The notes under the pieces were generated by a model. The model was not told the origin of the DNA. It saw only the letters and a list, made by a program, of their open reading frames with translations, and made no database searches. This document shows, piece by piece, positions 16,612 to 25,211 of a stretch of DNA of 64,000 nucleotides. A program made the translations under genes and the position numbers. Origin of the DNA: an uncultured Bacteroidota bacterium (lineage in GTDB: Bacteria; Bacteroidota; Ignavibacteria; Kryptoniales; JAKASW01). The stretch's first letter is position 1; the number at the start of each line of letters is the position of its first letter. The DNA lies in assembly GCA_963790995.1 (NCBI GenBank), contig CAWBQQ010000001.1:642034-706033 (forward strand), given 5' to 3'.

Positions 16612-19188
16612 GTGAGATTTGTGAACAAACATATTTGGTCCTTTGGACTGTTGTTGCTGGTTTCGTTTGAGGGTGTATCGTCTGCCTTTGCTCTTGACCG
16701 CCACAGGTCGATCGCTCAGTATGTGCAGAATACCTGGACGTTTCAAAGTGGGCTCCCTGCAAACGGAGTAAATGCAATCCTTCAAACTCGCGATGGATAT
16801 CTCTGGCTTGGCACCTCGGCAGGGTTATTTCGCTTTGACGGCGTCAGTTTCACCGAAGTAAGCACCGAACCCCAAGATGCCAAAGCCAGCCAAACAATTA
16901 CTACATTCTGCGAAATACATGACGGCAGTCTATGGATCGGGACGGCGTCCGCCGGGCTCAGAGTTCTAAAAGCCGGAAAAATATTCTGTTATGATTCGAA
17001 GAATGGTTTTTTCAATACAGGCATTCGAAAGATCTTTGAATCTCGAGCCGGGCACCTTTTCGTGGCTACAAACATCGGTCTCTTTTTGTTCAAGGACGGG
17101 AAATTCCAACAGCTTTTCTTAGACCAGAATTTCATCAACGGTATCGCGGAAGACCCGCAAAATAGAATTTGGGTTGGTACTGTAGATGGAATTCGAATCT
17201 TTGACGATAATGGCTCGACAAAACCGACCGTTACCGCATTGAGAAATGGGTTGCCCTACCCCTCTGTGTTGAACGTTCTCGGAGATCGAGAAGGGAATAT
17301 GTGGGTCGGGACGTACGGTGGATTGGCACGGTTCAAAGACGGAAAGGCGACAACTTACTCAACAGCGAACGATCTTGTCAATGATCGTATCCTGGCGATA
17401 TTTCAAGATCGGGATGGCCAGCTTTGGGTTGGAACAGAGAAAGGAATTGAGCGTTTCGTTGACGGGGTGTGGACTAATTTCACGAAATCAGACGGCTTAA
17501 CTGACAACGAGGTTTTATCATTTGCAGAAGATCATGAACACAGTCTTTGGGTCGGCACTGGAAATGGGCTGAACCAATTCGAGGACCCAAATATTACTAC
17601 GTACACGACGGAAGACGGTTTGGCAGACAACCACGTGTCAATTATGATTCAATCAAGTGACAGCAGCATTTACATCATGAGTGACCAATCAACTGTAATG
17701 ACTCGGCTGAAGGACGGTAAGTTTACTAAGTACAACAAGCTAAATATTCCAGGCGGGCCGGCATTCGCGGCGCGAGATGGGAGCATTTGGATTAACGCGG
17801 GCGGGGGGTTGTTGAATTTCAAGAATGGTAAACTGAAGCAGTTTGGCTCAAAGTCCGGGGTATCGACAAAGTGGATTTCCGCAATTACGGAAGACGACAA
17901 GAGCATAATTTTCTATGCGGATCACGCGGGACTTTTCAGATTAGTTGATGGGCATGCCATACCTTACTTGTTAAAAAATGGAAAAGAATATCCAAAGGAT
18001 GATTACATTGTATGTTTTTTCTATCAGAAAAACGGCACCCTGTGGATCGGCAGAGGCAATTCAATAGCAAAAATACAAGATGGGACATTATCGACATTTA
18101 TGCGACCAGAGGAAGGGGCTGGCAACTGGACATCTTCGTTTTACGACGACGGCAAGGGAGGGTTATGGATCAGCTCAATGCCGGGCGGACTCATTTTACT
18201 CAAAGACGGTAAGTTCACCGTCTTCAATACAGGGATCGGACTTTTTTCAAATGAGATTAGTTTTGTGTTGGGAGATAATCGGGGCGGCATTTGGATGACC
18301 TCGGGAAAGGGGATTGGGTACGTCAAACGGCAGGAGCTCGAAGACTTTGCCGCGGGCAAAGTGCAGAAGATCCATTCGATTGAATATGGATCAGCGGACG
18401 GTATAAAGACGAACTCATTTTTTAGCGCATGGCAGCCTGCCGGTTTGTATGATTATGAAGGGCACATTTGGTTTTCGACAAAGAATGGAGCGGTGATGAT
18501 TGATCCCAAAGATTCTTCGAGAAATAAGCTCTCCCCTCCGGTGCTAATCGAAAATGTCATTGCGGACCAACGTGCGATACCTACGGACGAATACACAACT
18601 CTTTCCGCCGGGACAGACAAGCTGGAGTTCCACTATGTTGCGTTGAGCTTTAAAGTTCCTCAGAGGGTCATGTTCAAATACAGGCTTGAAGGTTACGATC
18701 GCGGCTGGGTAGATGCTGGCACTAGACGCGAAGCTTTCTACACAAATCTTTCCCCCGGTGATTATGAATTTCAAGTCATAGCATGCAACAACGATGGAGT
18801 GTGGAACGTCAAAGGCGCAGATTTTTTCTTCAGGCTCAAGCCTCATTTTTATCAGACATACTGGTTCTTTGTATTAATTGTTGTACTCGTGGGCGGAGCG
18901 GCATTCGGAGCTTACCGCCTGCGTGTCTGGCAATTACTAAAGAGAGAAAAAGAACTCAGTGATAGAATTCAAGAAGCGTTGGCACATATCAAAACACTCG
19001 GTGGGTTAATCCCAATCTGCTCTAATTGCAAAAAAATACGCGGCGACAAAGGATATTGGGAACATTTGGAGAAGTACATACAAACCCACTCAGAAGCAAG
19101 GTTTTCCCACGGACTTTGCCCCGAGTGCATGCAAAAACTTTATCCGGAATTCGATAAAACGGGGGTGGAGAAAGGCACGGACACTTAA
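16612..19188 (+). CDS. periplasmic two-component-regulator-propeller / Y_Y_Y sensor with a single TM and a short Cys/His-rich cytoplasmic tail (no kinase domain)
   Basis: 858-aa ORF. N-terminal signal peptide. Repeated propeller blades (GYLWLGTSAGL, GSLWIGTASAGL, NRIWVGTVDGI, GNMWVGTYGGL, GQLWVGTEKGI, HSLWVGTGNGL...). Y_Y_Y-like FKYRLEGYDRGWVD...LSPGDYEFQV. TM segment YWFFVLIVVLVGGAAFGAY. Tail reads IPICSNCKKIRGDKGYWEHLEKYIQTHSEARFSHGLCPECMQKLYPEF. Confidence 0.8.
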   Translation: MRFVNKHIWSFGLLLLVSFEGVSSAFALDRHRSIAQYVQNTWTFQSGLPANGVNAILQTRDGYLWLGTSAGLFRFDGVSFTEVSTEPQDAKASQTITTFCEIHDGSLWIGTASAGLRVLKAGKIFCYDSKNGFFNTGIRKIFESRAGHLFVATNIGLFLFKDGKFQQLFLDQNFINGIAEDPQNRIWVGTVDGIRIFDDNGSTKPTVTALRNGLPYPSVLNVLGDREGNMWVGTYGGLARFKDGKATTYSTANDLVNDRILAIFQDRDGQLWVGTEKGIERFVDGVWTNFTKSDGLTDNEVLSFAEDHEHSLWVGTGNGLNQFEDPNITTYTTEDGLADNHVSIMIQSSDSSIYIMSDQSTVMTRLKDGKFTKYNKLNIPGGPAFAARDGSIWINAGGGLLNFKNGKLKQFGSKSGVSTKWISAITEDDKSIIFYADHAGLFRLVDGHAIPYLLKNGKEYPKDDYIVCFFYQKNGTLWIGRGNSIAKIQDGTLSTFMRPEEGAGNWTSSFYDDGKGGLWISSMPGGLILLKDGKFTVFNTGIGLFSNEISFVLGDNRGGIWMTSGKGIGYVKRQELEDFAAGKVQKIHSIEYGSADGIKTNSFFSAWQPAGLYDYEGHIWFSTKNGAVMIDPKDSSRNKLSPPVLIENVIADQRAIPTDEYTTLSAGTDKLEFHYVALSFKVPQRVMFKYRLEGYDRGWVDAGTRREAFYTNLSPGDYEFQVIACNNDGVWNVKGADFFFRLKPHFYQTYWFFVLIVVLVGGAAFGAYRLRVWQLLKREKELSDRIQEALAHIKTLGGLIPICSNCKKIRGDKGYWEHLEKYIQTHSEARFSHGLCPECMQKLYPEFDKTGVEKGTDT

Positions 19189-19274
19189 CTCAGTTTTACA
19201 CCCTGACTTCCCAACTATTATTCGTATTGCTTTTTAACTTCTTAACTCGCCGCCTATAACTGATTTATAACCTT

Positions 19275-20886
19275 TCATTGCGGTATGGTGAAGAAAAATT
19301 TCGAGCCTTTGCCTATCTCACTTTCAGCCCAAACTCTTCCGCCATGCAATTCTACAAGACGCTTTGTCAATGCAAGCCCCAGTCCGACGCCTCTGTATTT
19401 CTTTGCGTAAGGGTTTTGAGTTAATTGTTCAAACGGCTTGAAGAGTCTTTCGATGTCCTCCTCCTTAATTCCCATGCCGAAGTCTTGGACACAAAAGTGG
19501 ATCGAAGTATCGTCCTGCGAAACGGTCAAATCTATTTCGCCGTCCGAATGACTGAACTTTACTGCATTCGACAACAAATTGATCGCTATCTGCCGCAACT
19601 TTTGCGGATCGGCATAAATTTCCCCGATCGATTCGTCAATATGAGTGCCGATCAGTATTCTCTTTTCTGCGGCCATTGGCTCCACGATTCTCACGGCTTG
19701 TACCAGCTCATCATATAGTGGAAATCGTGACTTCTCCAGTTTGAGCCTGCCGATCTCGAGGCCGCGATAAATCGAGAAGATCATTGACAAGCTCAAGCAA
19801 ATGCCTCCCGCTGCTATTTATGTTATTGCTAAATTGATGTACCATGCCAGGAGGCATATCATGCAAATCGGTATCAAGAACTTCGCTGAACCCGATTATG
19901 GCGTTCAGAGGAGTCCTCAACTCATGGCTCATGTTAGCGAGGAATTCCGTCTTAGAACGGTTTGCGTTTTCTGCTTTGCGCCGCTGGACTTCGAGTGCAA
20001 TTGTGTTTTTCTGCATCTCATCGAACAGTCGAGCGTTCCGTATTGCCAGGGAGCTTTGATTCGCAAATAGCTCAAGCAAAACATTGGAATAATCTTCGTG
20101 AGAGAAAAGAGCGCAGAGCAAACCTTCAGGGGTGTTGTCAATACTCAGCGGAATTAAGACGAACTCTTTCACTTCCCATCGCGATATAATTTCAGGAACA
20201 TTTTTATCGCCGACATAAAAACCAAAAAGCTCTCCGCTGTCAATGCCTATGTAAGGTTTGCGGTTTGCGGCAAGTTTCCGCAGGAATTCCAGTTTGTTCT
20301 CGGGAAGCTCGATATTCCGCAAATCTATATTGTACATTTCTACAAGCTTTTCGATAGTTTCCCGTCCGCTTCCGGAATAGTAGCTTAAATTCATCGTATC
20401 GGAACGCGGGTTAAAAAGAAAAAGAGAACAAAAATAAGCGCCGGTTACTTCATGTGCGCTAGATACAACTCGCTGCAAAACGTCCCTGACGCTTCCGGGC
20501 GAAGCAAGCGCCATGCTGCTTTCCTGAAGCTTGAGAAGATGTTTCGTAAAGATCCTGCTTTGTTCCAGATATTTTTTTTCAGCAAGAGTATCCATGAATT
20601 CCGTAATACCGGGTATGAGCATCTTCATCGCGTACCCAATCAGGAAGATACCGACAAAATAGAAGCCGAAATATTGGATAAGATTGTACGGAACGATTAA
20701 GAAATCAGGAATGAGAAATTTCATATTGCCCATCGCCATTCCCATCGTTATCATCACCAGACCCGTCGGTAAGTATTTCCACCCGACTAAATTGCTGTAG
20801 TGCCCTTGCCTACCGTAGTAGATCGTACCCAACGAGATAGCAAGCATTACCAGGAAGATTGCCGCCTGATAAATTGTAAAAACCAT
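19275..20886 (-). pseudogene. membrane GAF-domain sensor histidine kinase, split by a +1 frameshift between the HisKA and HATPase_c domains (or assembly indel)
   Basis: The 391-aa ORF (19711-20886) has N-terminal TM segments, a GAF-like region and the H-box [12 protein letters not shown]. The 173-aa ORF (19275-19796) has the N-box LLSNAVKF and G-boxes DFGMGI and GVGLGL. The join ...NDLLDLSR|[10 protein letters not shown] lies at TCGCGGCCTCGAG (about 19761-19764). Span is 1612 nt, which is 1 mod 3. Confidence 0.8.
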
Positions 20887-20891
20887 CTAAT

Positions 20892-22454
20892 CTATATCGT
20901 TCTTGAATACTCGGAAACATCGAGCTTCCACACCGGTACTCCGCAATATCGCGTCCCTTCCGGACAAAAAGGCGTTGTTCCGGCTATCAACCGGATCGTG
21001 CAAGGCGGCAGCAAAAATTTTCCGAGACGAGGATGAACGTTTTTTATTTGTTCAGCTTCATCTAATGAAGCTCTCCATATTTCCTCCTGCGCGTTGTAGC
21101 AGAGCCGCATCTCGATTTTATGATGGAGGTTCAGCAAATCCGCCGACTCGGTGAATCGAATTGGAAAAGCGTTGGGAAGAAGGTACGCCGCATATTCTTT
21201 CTTTACATTCATGGACAAGAGTTCATTTATAGCGTCCCACGTCATATTCATGGTCTGCTTGTAGAGCTTTTCTGCGGCCCCGTCTATCCGAGCTAACTCC
21301 GGGATAATGTAGTCCGGTTCGGTTCGCATATGCTCGCTAATAACCGGGCGCGATGCAGGGGTCATTCGATGCCGTTGGTCCTGGGAATCGGCGGTATGGC
21401 TCAACTTTTTCTTGAAAGTGTATGAGGCGTGATACAGTGCCCGTGAAAGCTTATCATGTGTTGTGAGGACAAGCGGCTCACCGAAGATTTTGTTTTTGGC
21501 CGGGTCGATCGCAAGCGAGATGGCTTCATCATCTGAAAGTTCGGACAAGCTCTTGCCGAGAACTTCACGAACCGAATCGGCTATGATCCTTTCCGAATTC
21601 ACTTTAAAATCGACCAGCTTAGAAGTGTGACCTTCAATGTCGCGGTCAAATTCTTCGATGAAATGCGACTCGGATCCGTTTCGATGGAAAATATTTTCGG
21701 GAAAATAACGTTCAGGAAGCGGCTCCTCCAAAACAACCTTATAATTTGGATCGAAGTTTAGAAGTTCCCGTACCATCATACTCACGATAAGCTGCTGCTC
21801 GAAAGAGGCATCACCCGATTTGCACATTTTCGCGTATCTTAGTAGAGTAACGCCGCTAACCGTGTGATAAAGATAAGAGAAAGTTGCAACCGGAAGAACA
21901 TACCTCGCTATTTCCTGTGCCTTCTTCTTGATTTCCCCTGCAAATCGGCGGTCGTCTTTCCTGCCGGGGAATCTCTTATAATATTCATCCCCCGCAGGTT
22001 TTACCAATAGCTCAACGAGTTTTCTGTAAGCTTCGACCTGAACGGCAGCGGTATCGTTAAAAATATCAAGAGCATCGCCGCTCAGTGGGGGGACAAAATA
22101 GTTTCCATCCTTCACCTCAACATATCTCTGACTGACCTGCTCTGAATTATAAAACGGATGCGAATGGAGAAAGGACCAGATGAATTGCCGGGAAACGTTT
22201 GATAACTGGAACTGAAACGTCGCGTGCTGGAAAGTGGTATGATGCCCAGCTTCATATATGCTCAAAGCGAGATCGTGGTACTTCTCGACATCGACCGATT
22301 CGTCTTCGATAATTCCTTTCGAAGAATAACAAGTTCGCGCTGCCGCAATTACATTCTTGAAGGAATTTGCGAACGCTTTTACAAGCTTCACCTGCGGCGG
22401 GCGAGCCAAATTCTTGACTGCACCATCCTCAAGTCTTATTTTTTCTTCAGACAT
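20892..22454 (-). CDS. thyX: flavin-dependent thymidylate synthase ThyX, long fused two-module form
   Basis: 520-aa ORF. Module 1 reads GHHTTFQHATFQFQLSNVSRQF..FLHSHPFYNSEQVSQRYV and ARYVLPVATF. Module 2 reads YHASYTFKKKLSHTADSQDQRHRMTPAS, AAYLLPNAFP and RLCYNAQEEI. Confidence 0.75.
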   Translation of the reverse strand: MSEEKIRLEDGAVKNLARPPQVKLVKAFANSFKNVIAAARTCYSSKGIIEDESVDVEKYHDLALSIYEAGHHTTFQHATFQFQLSNVSRQFIWSFLHSHPFYNSEQVSQRYVEVKDGNYFVPPLSGDALDIFNDTAAVQVEAYRKLVELLVKPAGDEYYKRFPGRKDDRRFAGEIKKKAQEIARYVLPVATFSYLYHTVSGVTLLRYAKMCKSGDASFEQQLIVSMMVRELLNFDPNYKVVLEEPLPERYFPENIFHRNGSESHFIEEFDRDIEGHTSKLVDFKVNSERIIADSVREVLGKSLSELSDDEAISLAIDPAKNKIFGEPLVLTTHDKLSRALYHASYTFKKKLSHTADSQDQRHRMTPASRPVISEHMRTEPDYIIPELARIDGAAEKLYKQTMNMTWDAINELLSMNVKKEYAAYLLPNAFPIRFTESADLLNLHHKIEMRLCYNAQEEIWRASLDEAEQIKNVHPRLGKFLLPPCTIRLIAGTTPFCPEGTRYCGVPVWKLDVSEYSRTI

Positions 22455-22458
22455 CGAT

Positions 22459-23691
22459 CTATGCTATTCTTTTGATTACAACTAAAGTCTTGTCATCAGC
22501 ATACGCGGATGACGCGGAAAATCTCTGCACATCTTCCATTAATCCATAACAAATCTTTCGCGGCTCGCAATCCACAAGTTCGGTTATTTTTCGCTTCAAC
22601 CTTTCGTCACCGTAAAGAGAAAAGTTTGTGTCGCTCGCTTCCGTTATCCCGTCGGTATAAAGAATAAGCAGGTCTCCTTTTTCAAAGTTCAAATTGCCGA
22701 CACGATAATGCGCATTTGGAGCAATTCCGAGAGCCGGGCCGGTAGATTCAAGTTGCGAAAATTCGTTCTTGGATTTCTTGAAGAAAATCGGCGGATTGTG
22801 GCCCGCATTCACGAAAAGAAAGAGTCCGCTTGTGCCATCGGTGAACTCACCGTAGAAAAGAGTGACGAAACGTGAGTCGGAAAATGTCCAGTTGACGAGA
22901 TTATTAATCTTCTTCACAAGTGAGGCCATGTTGGTTTGGAGCTCGACTCCCATCTTCAGCGCACCTGAGACATACAATGCCTCGACCGCCGCGCTCAACC
23001 CTTTGCTCGCAGCATCGCCGACGGCAACTCCAAGCCGCTCGCCCTCTTCACCTGCCGGCAGATAATCGAAAAAATCTCCACCTACGACTCGTTCAGGAAT
23101 CGAGATGCCGAACATCTGAAACGAACCGTATTTTTGCTCATGCTCTGGCAGAATGCTTCGCTGGATTTCGCGTGCTTTATCAATGTCTTGTTCGAGCTGC
23201 TTTGTTCGCGCGAGCGCGTTTCGTTCACGGATGACCGCTGTAACTGCGCTCCCGACGACATTGAGAGTGTCGAACAACTCGGGGTTTTGGCCTTCTGTGT
23301 TAAATGCCAATATATACTGGTAAAGTGGAACACCCTTAACTTTTATTTTTTCACCGACGCCTGTCGCAGAATACGTCTCGATGCCTCTGTTGCGAAGGTC
23401 CTGGTTCTGTTCAGAATTGAGCACCGTTTTCTGGCTGCCGATCTTGACAAAATCCGGATAATCCGCGACTTTCAGAGCAAAATGATCGGGCATGGGTTTG
23501 ACTTTGCCTATCTGTTTTATTATCGCGTAGGCATTTTTTCTCGGAAGGAGGCGCCAGATTCTTCCGCCTTTTATCCTCATCTCGTCAGAGCCGATAATCT
23601 CATGCACTACACTCAACAGCAGTTCTTCATCATTGCGATAATCCTTCGATGCCGTTTTCTCGATCGCATGAAAAAGCTGTCTCTGATTCAT
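22459..23691 (-). CDS. GAF-like domain + PP2C/SpoIIE-family serine phosphatase (RsbU-like)
   Basis: PP2C motifs VVGGDFFDY, GVAVGDAASKGLSAA, LYTDGITEA and DDKTLVVI. Start placed at MNQRQLF (ATG 23691-23689), which shares one nt with the upstream stop (TGATG). The ORF-track start at 23760 would overlap the HerA-like gene by 70 nt. Confidence 0.75.
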   Translation of the reverse strand: MNQRQLFHAIEKTASKDYRNDEELLLSVVHEIIGSDEMRIKGGRIWRLLPRKNAYAIIKQIGKVKPMPDHFALKVADYPDFVKIGSQKTVLNSEQNQDLRNRGIETYSATGVGEKIKVKGVPLYQYILAFNTEGQNPELFDTLNVVGSAVTAVIRERNALARTKQLEQDIDKAREIQRSILPEHEQKYGSFQMFGISIPERVVGGDFFDYLPAGEEGERLGVAVGDAASKGLSAAVEALYVSGALKMGVELQTNMASLVKKINNLVNWTFSDSRFVTLFYGEFTDGTSGLFLFVNAGHNPPIFFKKSKNEFSQLESTGPALGIAPNAHYRVGNLNFEKGDLLILYTDGITEASDTNFSLYGDERLKRKITELVDCEPRKICYGLMEDVQRFSASSAYADDKTLVVIKRIA

Positions 23692-25211
23692 CAGTAGTTT
23701 TCCCTCCTCCACCGTTCCACCACAGCCGAGACATCGACTGCCGGCGGGAGGATGCTCCACTTCGTGTAAAACTCAACATCCTTGCTTCTTGGAAAAGGAT
23801 CAGGTGCATCTATCTTTGTCCGCATCGGCAGGATGCACGCGTCTCCCAACAGAAGACCTTCACCCTGCCTCAATGCTGGAATTATGTCCAACAAATCTTC
23901 CATAGATTCCGGAATAAGTTTTGCGATATAAGCCTGGTCATCCGGGTTTGAAAGCCGCAGGACCACAAAATTGCTGCACTGCGATAGGATCGATTCGGCA
24001 ACATCTATCGGTCTTTGACTCACAATCATGCAGCTCACTCCATACTTTCTTCCTTCTTTCACTAGTCGCTCGATCGTGCGGCGCGCTGTCAATGATGCGA
24101 CGCGCATGTTGAGATAGTTATGCGCTTCTTCAAGCACTAAGAGTATCGGAAGATTAGCCCGATACGGATTCCACATGTTAAAGTCGAAGACAAGTCGGGC
24201 AAGCAAAGAGACGAGGGCATTGATGATCTCCTGCGGAACTACGCTCAGGTTCAATACCATGATCGATTTACCCGAATTCAATCCAAATAATAATTCGAGA
24301 AATTGAGAAAATGTTTCCGTGGTTTTGAATTTCTTCGGCTTGTACAAGAATTCATACCGCTTATCGTTGAGCCTTGTATCGAATTTGAAAAGGAATCTCG
24401 TGAAGTTTCCATAGAACGGGCCTTCCTTACCGTTTGGCAGTCGTTCCGTGTCGAGCGCCTGCATTTTCACTTTTATGTCAGCTAAATCAAAATATACCGG
24501 CGAATCAACAGTGATGAAATCTTTGTATGCGAGATTCTTGCCTCTTTTTCCACTCAGGACAATTTCTGACATGGCAACAATTTCGGTGCGTGCAAACGGG
24601 TCGTCCGGGTCAACGAAAGTATCGGCAAGCTCATCGAAGTTCATAGCCCAGTAAGGCAATTCGAATTCCCCGACATTCACTCGCTCGGCAAGATCGCCGA
24701 ACACCTCTCCGTATTCGTCGTGTAGATCCAGTAGAATTATTCTAGTACCCGGCAGCTTCGCAACTTTCTGCAAGATGGACGCCACGGCACACGACTTTCC
24801 CGAACCCGTCGCACCGACCACTGCGATATGCCTGCTGAAAAATTTATCCGGATGAATAAAGTTCTTTTTCTCTGCCATAAGAGAAATTTCACCGAGGGCA
24901 AAGTCGTATCTCCGATAAGTATTGAAAATCACGTCAAGCTCGGCTTCCGATGGTATCTCGATTGTCGCGCCAGGCCATGGAAGGTCTTCCGTCCCTCGTT
25001 CGAATTTCCCACCTATCGACTTCCCAAACAGATTAGCAGAGAACATGATTGTTGCGCTGGAGGTCAACTCCAGGGAAGTTACCACGCCAAGTATTTTTTC
25101 TTCATGTAACGGAATTGAAATGTATGATCCGACACTGAAACTTTCGGCGGCCGCCGTCTCGCCTTTTACAGTGGCTCCATGAACAGACACAACATGGCCC
25201 GTTGCTTCCAT
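23691..25211 (-). CDS. HerA/DUF87-like AAA ATPase (HAS-barrel + FtsK/HerA-type P-loop)
   Basis: 506-aa ORF. N-terminal barrel-like GHVVSVHG...VGSYISIP. Walker A HIAVVGATGSGKS and Walker B-like PILLVLEEAHNY. SQRPIDVAESILSQCSNFVVLRLSNPDDQ is typical of HerA-family helicases. Its start codon directly abuts the mutS stop. Confidence 0.7.
   Translation of the reverse strand: MEATGHVVSVHGATVKGETAAAESFSVGSYISIPLHEEKILGVVTSLELTSSATIMFSANLFGKSIGGKFERGTEDLPWPGATIEIPSEAELDVIFNTYRRYDFALGEISLMAEKKNFIHPDKFFSRHIAVVGATGSGKSCAVASILQKVAKLPGTRIILLDLHDEYGEVFGDLAERVNVGEFELPYWAMNFDELADTFVDPDDPFARTEIVAMSEIVLSGKRGKNLAYKDFITVDSPVYFDLADIKVKMQALDTERLPNGKEGPFYGNFTRFLFKFDTRLNDKRYEFLYKPKKFKTTETFSQFLELLFGLNSGKSIMVLNLSVVPQEIINALVSLLARLVFDFNMWNPYRANLPILLVLEEAHNYLNMRVASLTARRTIERLVKEGRKYGVSCMIVSQRPIDVAESILSQCSNFVVLRLSNPDDQAYIAKLIPESMEDLLDIIPALRQGEGLLLGDACILPMRTKIDAPDPFPRSKDVEFYTKWSILPPAVDVSAVVERWRRENY

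Noticed and set aside
16297-16785. 162-aa minus-strand ORF between the EamA gene and the sensor gene.
   Set aside because: It overlaps the 3' end of the EamA gene and the 5' end of the sensor gene on the opposite strand, and it has no recognisable motif.
23692-23760. Upstream start for the PP2C phosphatase (MEHPPAGSRCLGCGG...).
   Set aside because: It would overlap the HerA-like gene by 70 nt. The ATG at 23691 forms a classic TGATG stop/start junction.
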